From the NCBI GenBank assembly GCA_000934665.2, contig KZ538658.1, positions 1 through 56,095 on the forward strand: a stretch of 56,095 bases of DNA, written 5' to 3'. Of this stretch, positions 1-11,080 are shown piece after piece (the first letter of the stretch is position 1; each line of letters opens with the position of its first letter). The notes under the pieces were generated by a model that was given only the letters and a program-made list of their open reading frames with translations, was not told where the DNA came from and searched no databases. The DNA comes from Catajapyx aquilonaris (Eukaryota). Made by a program: the position numbers and the translations under genes.

Positions 1-640
1 CTATGTGCTTTTCCTACTGTTCCTTGAATGTATGGATACAAACCATTCTGGACTACTCCTGCGGCTTGTGGTTGAGGATCCTCTGGAGGGCCAACATACA
101 TGACACCATCATTTTCCGCTCCTGAAGGGGCTACCATGTCATGCAGTCCACCACCAGCACTTGGGCCAGCAACATCAAGTTGGCTATGTTGAACAGCAAC
201 TAGAAGAGTAAACTATTATTGAAAAAAACACATTGACACTTCTGACGGCATAGTTACTGCCAAACGGTAGCTGACCTTTTTTCATGTGGTGGACTGGTGG
301 TTGCATGCACTGCACACTCCTCTTCTTAACATCATCTCATCCTTCCACTTGCCGCACTGGCTGCACTTGGTATTCCTATTCCGCATCATTATTACCTTAA
401 AATGATTCAAGGTTCATTACAATTATATGTGTGACATCACTGTACTTATTAAAACAATGATACAAGTTTCTTGTATTCATATCTCTGTGTGCGTGTGGGC
501 AGCCTGTGTGTGTGTGCTGTGAATGTACTTACTGCGAGACTTACTGCCACTGACAGTGAGAGATAACTCCGGTCCTCCTCTACGACACCAACACTCCGAC
601 AGGTGATCCGAACCGACCGAGTTCCGCCGCGGTTAGGGGT
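1..640 (-). pseudogene. Decayed multi-exon ORF of unknown function (possibly transposon cargo), running off the window edge
   Basis: caaaATGG start at 640 and exon-like blocks (~640-533, ~395-276, ~200-1) with GT/AG borders. In-frame stops in the first two blocks; the last is open (AVQHSQLDVAGPSAGGG...). Confidence 0.3.
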
Positions 641-719
641 TGAGGTATGGCCTACTCATCCTTCCTACGCCACGCGCCATTTTGAGTCTACTTATCTGGC
701 CACCTGCACGGGCTAACGT

Positions 720-1030
720 GCTGGTTTGCATTTCGCATGACTGAGGTTTCATGGTGGCATTGTACGACAGGCGAAGTTCTCACTGCATTTTTACGGTGTA
801 AAAACCACATGAATTGTCCTGTTCGCAACTTACCTTCGCGTTTTCCTTATGGCATGATGCACCATATGGCAAAGTTGCACAATGTGACGTTTGAAGACGG
901 CGCTAGAAGGTAAGAGAGAATGCAAGTTGCTGACACGACAATTCCTGTGGTTTTTACACCGTAAAAATGTAGCAAGAATTTTAGTGCGAGCAATACCACC
1001 ATATATGACGTCTCCGACATGCGAAATACA
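720..1030. repeat. Diverged inverted-repeat pair
   Basis: catttttacggtgtaaaaaccac (~786-808) versus gtggtttttacaccgtaaaaatg (~947-969), with weaker complementarity extending outward. Confidence 0.6.
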
Positions 1031-1258
1031 CTCGGAAATACAAAGCTAGTGATGGGCCGAAAATAGCTACGCTGCTATTAAATAGCTGCTAAGTCTAAAG
1101 TAGCTGGCTATTTGAACTAATATTTACAAACCAGCTCGTTGGCGCGCGCATGTTGCCAAATGATGAATTCAATGCCGTAAGGGTTGCGGGCTATTCAGGA
1201 TCACATTAATAAGATCCTTGGTGTGATCAATGAATCTATGCATAAGAGGTGATATAGT

Positions 1259-1651
1259 AGGGTGTATCTGAACTCAGTGCCCCGACGTATATGACTGCCT
1301 TCCTAGCCACCAGAGGATCGATTTAAGTATAGGAGTCCTATGTCTGGGCAGCCTCGTTACTGAGATACACTCTTTAGCGATTTTTGCCTAATCGCTCCTT
1401 CTGACTTTTAAATAGAATTTTCTGGTGTAACTAGCCAAAGAGGCCTTACCACCTGTGGGAAACAAACCAACAAAGTCCCGCCCCCAGACCTTCCAGAGCC
1501 TTCTGACTGGGGGAGGGTTCGATGGGTGGCCTAACCGACAGGATATTTTGTACTACATGTTTGCGGCCAATTATCTCCGTAATGCGACAGCCAAACATAA
1601 TGACTAGGAAGGCAGTCATATACGTCGGGGCACTGAGTTCAGATACACCCT
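1259..1651. mobile_element. MITE with ~48 bp TIRs (Tc1/mariner-like)
   Basis: agggtgtatctgaactcagtgccccgacgtatatgactgccttcctag at the left end and its reverse complement ending ...gatacaccctg|ta at the right end. Confidence 0.8.
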
Positions 1652-1964
1652 GTATGTAGGCCTACATATTTCCATGAAAATAAGGTAGTTTTTGTGATAA
1701 TTCTGGAAAAACCCCATATGTCACAAATTTCAAATTAAGATTATGATCATTTTAAATAACATTGTAGTGTCTAATTTGCATAGTTGAATACAGATGTATG
1801 TCATCATCACTACAATAAAAAAACAGACTGGCTAAGGCAATAATTAGTACGACCCATGGGCAGTTTTTTTGTTTCCTGAAAAATTGTTGTCCCTTGACAT
1901 GTGGGATTCTTCCGAGAAACCCCTAAATTGCAACTTGAAATAAGAGAAAATTGGATATACTAAC

Positions 1965-3327
1965 AGCACGGTTAGCATAAGTCTGGATCACTTTGCTGAA
2001 CTTTGTGTTCCACTTCAGCTTGAGTTGAAGTTGATTACCATCCTCCTCTCGTTCAATGTTTATGGCTAAATATCCGTCATAACGGTTCTTGATAACCACA
2101 TAGCCCTGCACATAGAAATGGAAGAAAAAGAAAATGGAAGAAAGAATGAAGGAAGGAATGAAAGAAAAAGAAAATGGAAGAAAAATGTTAGCATCACCTG
2201 ATGGGAGGGGGTTGCTTGATGATTTTGGGAGTAATATTGGTAGCTGCACATATGCTTTTCACTACTTGTAACTATACATGGCAATGGGAAAAATGATTCA
2301 CATTTTCTCAAATTTGCTGTGTCACAGATAGTGTTGTGTAGGCCAGAAAAACTGGCTTGGTTTTTGGGCTGTTCAGGTTTTTCGCAAGTCTCGTATTACA
2401 GTAACAGGAAAGGTTGGTTGTTTTTTTTTTTTAAAAAAAAACTTAATTTTAATAATACAAGACTGCATATATGAACTTTTTCGTTTTTAAACAGGATTGA
2501 TTTTAACCATTATAAACAGCATGTCATTTATCTCTTTTTCATTTGCAACATCTAGGCCTATATAATTGGAAATAGCATAGCATGTATGTGACAGGTGAAA
2601 ACAGTTTTGTACTCTACAAAGGGTAACTGCTTTAACAATTATGTTGAGTAATTTTGATGGTAATTTTCAAAAAGTTGTTGTAATATTTGCCGGAATGCTA
2701 CACTTGGTCTCTGCTGATCCTATTACTATCCTCACAAAACCTTTCCCATTACAATAAGACGTAGGCTCCTTTGTACTGCGTACATTCCTGTCATTTGGGG
2801 ATGCCTAATGAGAGCAGAAATGATGGGGATTCATTGGGTGGAATTTTCCCCTTTTTGTCAACAGTGACTTAGCAGTGAACTTTGCAGCCATCACTCCAAG
2901 ACAAGTCTATTTTGGGCCATATTGGTTGTGCAAAAGGTCAATGACCTTTCATAGAAGGGTAATTGGAGGGTTCCTCTCACATCAGCCGTGTTTCTCGCCT
3001 TATTAGCAGAATGTTAGAGAGACCCGAGGTCCTCTCTAACACACTGCTTCTTAGCAGTAACTGTGCTTAGCAGTGAAACAAATATTCCATAAATGCCACT
3101 GGAAATATTGTGGGTGGAGCTTCTTAGCAATAGCTAGCAGCATGTTAGCAGTAATAAGGCAATTTCTTGAACAGACAATGGTTCCAGAGATGAATTCTAG
3201 AATGTCGATTGACTCTACAGTCTACATGTTTGTCCGAATCATAAGTTAACACACCCTGCATACTCACCACGGCTACTTCCTGGAAGTTGTTTCGAACCAG
3301 GAAGCACTCGTCCCTCGACTCGTCCAT
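1965..3327 (-). CDS. Divergent SUMO-like / ubiquitin-like protein, 5' two exons (3327-3268, 2105-1965); C-terminal exon not found in window
   Basis: MDESRDECFLVRNNFQEVAV|gtgagt joins in phase 0 to cag|GYVVIKNRYDGYLAINIEREEDGNQLQLKLKWNTKFSKVIQTYANRA|gttagt. The second exon resembles SUMO INLKV.GQD..VQFKIK.HTPLRKLMNAYCDRA. Confidence 0.5.
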
Positions 3328-5212
3328 TCTTGTTTACAGCGGTTTACAGGCTGTGCTCTCAAAGTATATGAGTGTGGTTGTTCAAAAACACCTTAACTAC
3401 TACTCCGGAAAAAACCTATCTCTTCTTAGAACAAAAATTAATATTTGTTTCCAGAGGAACCTTGCAGATCCGATTGGAATTCTTTTCGAATACAAAATTC
3501 CAGGGTTGCCAGGTCGGAAAATTGCAACACGCGATTGTTGAAATAATTATGCTTTGGCAAACGAATGAAGGATTGGCCGATTGCAATTAGAAGTTTTAAA
3601 AAGAGATTGAAAAGAAGGCTTCGGAGGTAATTGTGCAATAACTAGCGGTGTTGCCACAATAGCGGGAATTTCAAAATGACAGTTTTTCCATAGCTGCAAA
3701 ACAGTTTTAACTTATGTCACTTTCCCTAAATGGGCTTGGCCGGGGTTTCTATTACTTCAAGACAGGTGCATGCATGTAAAAAAAATTAAATTTACTTGAA
3801 GACGCAGTCAAAAATGGGAATTTGGAGTTTGCCGAATTTTACGAGTTGACCTCTGCCCCCCCTCAAAAGGTGGTCACAGGGTCATTTTGAGCAGGTAATT
3901 TTAGGCGCGACTTTCATCCCTTGGGGTGGGCTATCAATGCACCGAATTTTAAGAAAGTCGGTGAGTGGCACTTGGAATATAAAGTGTCTCTTGTTAGTGC
4001 AGATGACAATATAATTATTTTGTAGTGCAATTTGCACTTTTGTATCCGAGTATTTCGACTGCTGGAATCAATATCTGGGCATACCACCTGAGCTTAGAAT
4101 GGAGAAGTACAGTATTTTAAATAAATGCAGATGGAAGCATGATTTTTCGGAAAACCTCATACATTGAAGCCCTCTGAAAGGTGTCTTGAACCTGCCAGAT
4201 TCGCTCGTTTACCAGCGTGCATATTCCTGTAATATGCGATGGAGAGAGAGACAGTGACACTTTTTGAATATGTGACTTCAAATGTGCTTAAGATAGTGGG
4301 GAACGAAAAGAAAAATATCAACCAAACCGTGGCCCATTTTAGTCTATAAATTATGTTGCATATACAGTACCAGTATATTGTAATGTGTGTTAAGATATAA
4401 CTTAAATTAAAATTATTATTTTCCGATAATAATGACAAAAATTCAATATTCAAAAATTTTAAATTCATATAACTCAAAAACCGTTTCCTCGAGAAATATT
4501 TAGCAAATACATGTGAAATCAGAGCAGAAAAAAATCGTTAAGAACCACCCTACAAACTCATTGTTGCAACAAAAAAAACTTACATTTTTTGCCGAGTGAT
4601 ATCTTTTAAATCTCCAAGATCCCAATCTAAAACACGCACCATTTGTCCTGTGACACATTCCAAAGGTTTATTTTTATACAGTTGACTCCGGAGATAACAG
4701 CCCTGGCTATAACAGACTCGAAATAATTGGGGAACTAACTGTAAGTTCTTCCGCGCATTTAAACAAACACACATGATGTAAGTGGATTGTTTGAGCGACA
4801 TCTTTACGCTGGAAATAAGCCATGTTCCTCAGGGGTCCGAAATACATACAAATCCGACTTATGGACATTTTCAGAAACGTAACCCCATTCGTAGACTGGT
4901 GACTTCGTGTATTTTAATATGTTCACACAATCACACTATGAAATACAGTTTTACGCAAATGTGTGTGTGTGGGAGGGGTCACAGGTTACTTTGTTATTAT
5001 AAAAGGGGGTCACGACTGGAGAAAGGTTGGGAACTACTGGGTTTTTATAACCACATCCTTGGACAGGGGTAGTGGCCACAGACGTGAAGAATATGCCAGT
5101 TTATTTCATGTAAAACATGGCAGGTTTGAGTTTCAAACTTGTAATTGAAAGAATAAGCTCTTTGTACCTAATAGTACATATAATTAAGAAAATATTGATA
5201 TTTAATAAAAAT

Positions 5213-5507
5213 ATTATAATAATAATTCATACCCCGTTATCAGCTGGCGGCTCTTTAGCGGGGGAGTTCATCCCAATTTTGTTTTGACTGGAACTCTTTG
5301 CTTTCATTTACTTTGCTTTTTGGGGTAGGATAGGGACGGAAGGAAGCGGCTGTGGAATATTATTTAGGGAGCAATCCTGGAATTCTCCTGGGGGGACCGT
5401 GGGAAACCACAGAAAGCCACGGTTAGGATAGCCGGCCCCGGGACTCGAACCCAGGACCCCCCGTTTAGCAGTCGAACACCTTATCCACGCCACCAAACTG
5501 CTTTGGT
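5213..5507 (-). mobile_element. tRNA-derived SINE (family A)
   Basis: Minus strand has a tRNA-like head with B-box gggttcgagtccc, the body ggtttctgtggtttcccacgg and an (att)n tail. The same sequence recurs at ~36.8, 47.5, 48.2 and 52.1 kb. Confidence 0.85.
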
Positions 5508-6213
5508 GAAAATATTGATATTTATTGTACTGCTTACCTACATTTACCAGGCGCCATGCACATGATGCTTCACTTAATGCAGTGGTTCCCAACCTTTTTC
5601 CATTGTGATCCTATCTACAACCTTTCCTTGACCCGGCGACCCACATGANCAGTCCAATCTCGTTTTCCCCCCCAAATTTTTTATTACCAAAATGTTTCAA
5701 CCAGCTACAGTACAACACTTATGTAGATTTGAGTTGAACTTACCCCCACAATTCCCTTATTTTCCTTATAGATAAAAAAGTTATGTACATTCCTTTTTCC
5801 TGGCCTACACCGTGACCCTTAAAAACATGCTGGCAACCCAATTTTGGGTTGGGAACCACTGAGTTAATCTGATGTTCAGGGCAGAATATATGCATTCAAG
5901 CACCTCCCACCATTCAAGTCCTGGATCTAGGACAGTGTGTTGCAGTTATGAAAGAGGGGGCCTGTGGCCTGAGTACAGTGTAATTCAAAATTTTATTGGG
6001 ATGCATTCTCATACTAAAATCATCCCTAAAATAAATTGTGCCAGGGATGTGTCACCTTTATGAAGTCACAGAAAAACTATTTTCTTCTTTATTCAGTAGC
6101 ACCATATGACTAGGTTATGATACAAAGTGCACATTTAAAAATATTGAATCACCATCTTCCATTTGGGAATAATGGGAATGTACTCAATATATTATTATTG
6201 TGAGTCAAGATGG

Positions 6214-7217
6214 CTATTCAGGTTTTCCCTTTATCACAGGCTCCTTCACATAGTCGTCATATGCCACAGAGAGGTCCTCCAGCATGCTCTGCATAACCTG
6301 GAAAGGTACAACATCAGGAAGTGTAGTAGGTAATAATGTTAACAGCTTGCAGAGAAGATTATGTGGTTAACTTGTTAATCACTTTCTGGAGCATGTCACT
6401 GTTTTAAGTGACCCATCAGCATATATTTATTTGTTTAATAATTAATAACTATTAAGTCAATATATTTCTCGGGTGCCTTTTGGTCACCTGTCTCCATCAG
6501 AGTGCATCATTTTCACTAGCGACTAACACCTAAATATATGTGTGTGTGGATATCCAGTAAGTAACTTTACCCCGCTGGGATCATCCAGTGCATTGAGGCT
6601 GCAAGCATACAGCATCGCAATTTCCATCGTCTTCTCCATTGACGCTGACTTGCTTATTGGCTTATCTCCGGCCTTGTACTGCTCCTTCTCAACCCTCTTC
6701 TTGGCACCTGCCTCCACTTCCACTTCTTCAACAAGTAAAGATGAGGCACCAGCATCGAGACCTATCTGCTTGCCCTGCTTTTCAGGAGGGTTCGGGATCT
6801 GCGTCAGGTACCGGCTGTCTTCCAGCACATCCTTCTGCTGGACAAGTCCCTGCCTCCTGTACCGGGATGCCCTTCTGCATTTCTCCTGCTGCTGGTCCGG
6901 TGTCAGGACTGGTTCCTTTCCATTCGCCCAGTCCCCGACATACTCCGTCATGAGAGGTTCATACGCCTTCTCCTTCCCCCGGTTTGTCCTCACTTTGGGA
7001 CGGACTGAGGCCTTCCTCTGCCGCTAAAAGGGAGTGTGATTATAATATGGCTCTCGTCTTAGGCTGCAAAATGCGCCCTAATTACCTCCCATTCAACCCA
7101 TGCGGCGTCCTTTTCCTGGTGTTCTGTTGGGGTCACAGATTTGGTCAGGAGAGCCGCTGATGCCTCTTCATTCTTCACGCTACCAGACCACCAGCTCATC
7201 CCTTCTCCTCCGGCCAT
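6214..7217 (-). CDS. Orphan 3-exon gene, ~222 aa charged protein (exons 7217-7086, 7023-6571, 6297-6214)
   Basis: caaaATGG start, canonical GT-AG introns both in phase 0, and a continuous frame MAGGEGMSWW...VEWE|RQRKAS...DDPSG|VMQSMLEDL...KPE*. No domain recognised. Confidence 0.55.
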
Positions 7218-7811
7218 TTTGTTCACCTATGATGCCTGTGATGTTGCCAGATGAGAAAACAGGACGCGGAGTGGGCAATGGCAGGGTTGCCAACTGTCGT
7301 GTTTCCCAACATGGCCGAAGGAGGGCGCTTCTGGAGATTCGGAGGCGCCAATAAAATTCAAAGTGTGCGAACAGGGTGGTGGGATGTGGACCTCTCTGTC
7401 ATGGTAATTTTTGCCCATCTTTGGCCTTGTGTGAAGGGACAAAACAATACTATGGTTGAACGAAATTTTAGTGCGAAGAGTTTTCTCTCGTGATGTCCAT
7501 AATTCGTTTTGTTTGCAAGTATGGCGACTCATGAGGTATTGTGGAGAGCCACGTGGTGAGCCGTGCTGGTCGCATCTCTTGCCCCTTCTCTGCCCTGCCC
7601 CCGGGGCGGGGGATCGGAGGAAGTGGGGCCCCCATCGGCCCCCCATTCTTGCCCCACCAGCCAGGCTCATCTTCACAAGGACAGGTACGGGGAAGTATCT
7701 AAAAAATATCGTCGCCTGACCACACTTTTTTCTTTCTTGAAAGTTGACAGCTCTTGATGGTGGTGGATTCCTTTACAGTATGTGTTCCTATGTTTCAATC
7801 CTAATGTATAG

Positions 7812-8340
7812 ATGGAAGGGTTGACTGGGTGTGCAACCAACAGGGGCTGCGGTGGTCTAAGTCGATGTCCAAGGGCAGCATCTTTGAAAACTGCAGTATT
7901 GGTGCTCCCAATGTTCTATATTTTATGCTAAACTTCTCAAGAGGGCACTTGGACTATGGCTTCCTGGATTCTGAATTGGGTGAAGGACAGGCTGTAGCTT
8001 CTCCAGTTGCTAAAAATTCCCAATTCCCATCGTTGGAGGATATGTATGAGGAAGAAGGGAGAATTTATTGGAGGTCCTGGACATGTAGAAGTTGTCGAAA
8101 TCGACAAAGCGAAAATTGCTAATAATTATAGTGTTTGCTCTCTTTACTTTTTCAGATGCTTTAATTTTTTTTCTACAATCCAATGTGTCTTTCTTCTTCG
8201 GGAAAGTGGAAGTATCACAAGGGCATGCATGAGTGTTGATGGGCATTGCTATGGATAGTGATGGTCATTGAAGAGGATTGGAGAAGTCCAACATTCTGGG
8301 TATGTAGGAGGCAGGTTCTGCATTTTTATATTCCCTGACA
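7812..8340 (+). mobile_element. Degenerate Merlin (IS1595/ISXO2-like) transposase
   Basis: DGRVDWVC...SMSKGSIFEN, IGGPGHVEVVEIDKAKI and GKWKYHKG fragments match Merlin motifs (SIRKGSFFE; IGGPG..VEIDESKF; GKRKY.RG). Frameshifted. Confidence 0.7.
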
Positions 8341-8859
8341 ACAGGAGAGAGGGGCCAACTCTAATAAATTATTGACATCATTAAAAAAACACTGTTGAGC
8401 CAGGAACATGGGACATATCCTAATGCTGTTTCACAAATTCGGAGGTTTAATCCAACAAGCCAGTTATTTGTTAATTTGTCAGAGAAGTGCTAAAAGGTAA
8501 TTTGAACGAGTTAATTAAATGCAACCTTTTTTACATATATTATTTATAACACATTTAAATAATAACCGTGTTTTGAATTGTATTTATTGCGATTGGTCCG
8601 TTCGAATCTGTTCGAATTTTAACGGCCGAAAGGAGTTGGAAATAAAGTTGTTTATTTTTTTGGACAGCCACCCTGCTTGTGACGTCACAATATTGCTAGT
8701 CTCTGATTGGCCGGCTGGTTGACATCCAACCGCATCCAACCAATTACCGCACCGGATTAGCTCTGAATATATTATCTAAATTTAATTTGCCAACATTTCA
8801 TAATATTATTTAATTCATTTAATTATTAATTTCAGTAGATCTGTGTGTTCCACATAGCT

Positions 8860-10770
8860 TGGATATAGTGCCAACCCTGGAAATTCGAGCCGAACATAAC
8901 TGGCCCCTTATTTCTAACCCACTAACCCAGGCTAACCCTATAGCCATATTGCACAATACCTTGAGGAGAAAAATATCGCGAAAATATCAAAAAGACAAAA
9001 TTAGGCTTTTTTGGTTAGTGGAAGTAGGCAAAACCCAACAAACACATATTTCAAATGAAAGAGAAACGCGAGAAGAGAGAATGCGACTATGTAATTAATT
9101 TTCCTCTGAAATGTAACCAGAAAAATGTGTGTGGCATTCCATCCGTCACATGTCCACTAATTTGGGCCCTTGAAAATTTTTGGTATATCTGCAGCACATA
9201 TCTATTATTTTCTTGCGAGCCATGCATGAACCATGATTGAAACTGAACATATTAATTCTTGTATGGGTCCCAACCGTCACAACTCCTGTCACCAAATATG
9301 ACTGCTGTTACGCAAGTACATCACTAACTGTTGGAGTAAAAATGCTGAGAATGTGACCAATGGAATGCCACGCACATTTTTCTGATTACTTTTTTAGAGG
9401 AAAACTAACTCCATAGGCGCATTTTCCTCACGTTTCTGTTTCATTTGATATAATATACACGTACTGGAGGAGTTCATAAAGTTCGCGCATTTGGGTTGAA
9501 GGAAATGAGAGAAACGATTCAAATTGCACACAGTCATGTATTAGTCCTTCTCTCTGTATGAACCCTGCAAAGCCACACATTTTCCACAGTGATGCACGAC
9601 TTGTGCGACACCGGCGACACCATTATTGCCTAAGTCGACACTTCGCACTTGAAAAAAGTTTTCAACCTCGGTAAGGCTAAGGAAATGCTGACGATGTTCC
9701 TCTCCGAAGATGGCGATTTTTTCAACAGACTCATCATCACGGACGAATGTTGGGTGTACCACTACGACCTAGAGACCAAATTAAATAACAAGCAGTGGAA
9801 ACAATCAGAACTCTCCACCGCCGACGAAGGCCAGAATGCAGCTATCATCTGGGAGGTTATGCTCAGCAGTGTTTTTTTTTTTTTAAATTCCCACGGATTT
9901 AATCACGATCCATTAGGCACGAAAAGGTCACACCATCACAGGGCAGTATTATCAAGACCTCCTGTAAAACCTGCATCACCAGATCAAGTGGAAGAGACGA
10001 GGAATGGTGACGCAAGGTGTGCAAGACAAAGCACCTGCTCATTCTGCCCATGCAACTGGGGCACTTGCTGGCCAGTTGGGGTACAATAATCTGCCCCATC
10101 TGCCGCATTCACCGGACCTCGCCCCTGGAAACTTCTTCCTCTTTCGTCACTTGAAGAAACCACTGTGTGGGAAGCATTTTTGCAAACGTCGATCACAGAG
10201 GTCGAAAACAATATTTTCAAGCACAAAGTGTCGACTTCTAGAATGATGGCGTCCCACAGATCGTGAATCACTGGGGAAAATGTGTGGCTTTGCTGGGTTC
10301 ATATACTAGAGAGAAGGCCTAATACACGTGTGCAATTTGACCCGTTTCTCTCATTTCCTTCAATCCAAAGCAAAGGCGCGAACATTATGAACTCCCTCGT
10401 ATGCTTATTGGGTTTTGACCATTTCTACTAACTGAAAAAGATATCCGAAAAAGGTCTTATTTTCAGCCCTTTTCAAATATTCGCGATATTCTCCCTTCTA
10501 ACGGGTATTGCGCAATATGGCTGAAACTTGATATGTAGTGTTATGGCGTAGGTGTGTACAGACGTAATTTATTTCACCAAAATCCGAGATTGTCTAGCAA
10601 CATTTCGGCCCACTTGATTCAGAATGACCCCTAACCAACTGAAAGTTCCAAGTTTTAAAACTATATATCTCGAACACCGCGCCTGACAGCACAATTTTGA
10701 GTGCAGATTTGGAATCACTATTCACGTCTTCAGAAAAATCTATCATGGAATTGGCTTGGAATTGGCCACC
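8860..10770. mobile_element. Unclassified non-autonomous element, interrupted by a mariner; related copy at ~12840-13740
   Basis: Shared blocks such as gtcaccaaatatgact...cgcaa.tacatcac and gcaatatggctgaa...tttcaccaa.atccgaga occur in both places. Confidence 0.5.
9462..10401 (+). mobile_element. Internally deleted mariner element
   Basis: Long imperfect TIRs (gagttcataa...gaaggaaatgagagaaacg / reverse complement). Transposase fragments FFNRLIITDECWVYHYDLETK..QWK and HSPDLAPGNFFLFRHLKKPL. Confidence 0.85.
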
Positions 10771-11080
10771 TCTATTTTAATTCGTACGTGCTGTACACAT
10801 TTGAATGTTTTCATCCAAGTCGAATTTTGTCTGAGAGTATTTTCCCACCTCTCATAGCACCATGCAGTGTTGCCAGTGCTTGAGCTGTGATATCTTATCA
10901 AATTCCTCTGTCACTTTATAGCGCCCCCCCATAGGAAACAATGCAAGGCTTAAGGGGAAAAACAAACATCAGCTGCAGAAAATCTTATCTCTCTTCTCAG
11001 TGTGGCAAGCACAAGTATGTTGATAGTACAGTTTGAGGCTGTTTCCTACTAGGCTGGACAACTGAAGTTAATGCTCTACA

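Noticed and set aside
6542..7027. 161 aa plus-strand ORF (also 49427-49783 and 31440-31652)
   Set aside because: Antisense shadows of minus-strand exons.
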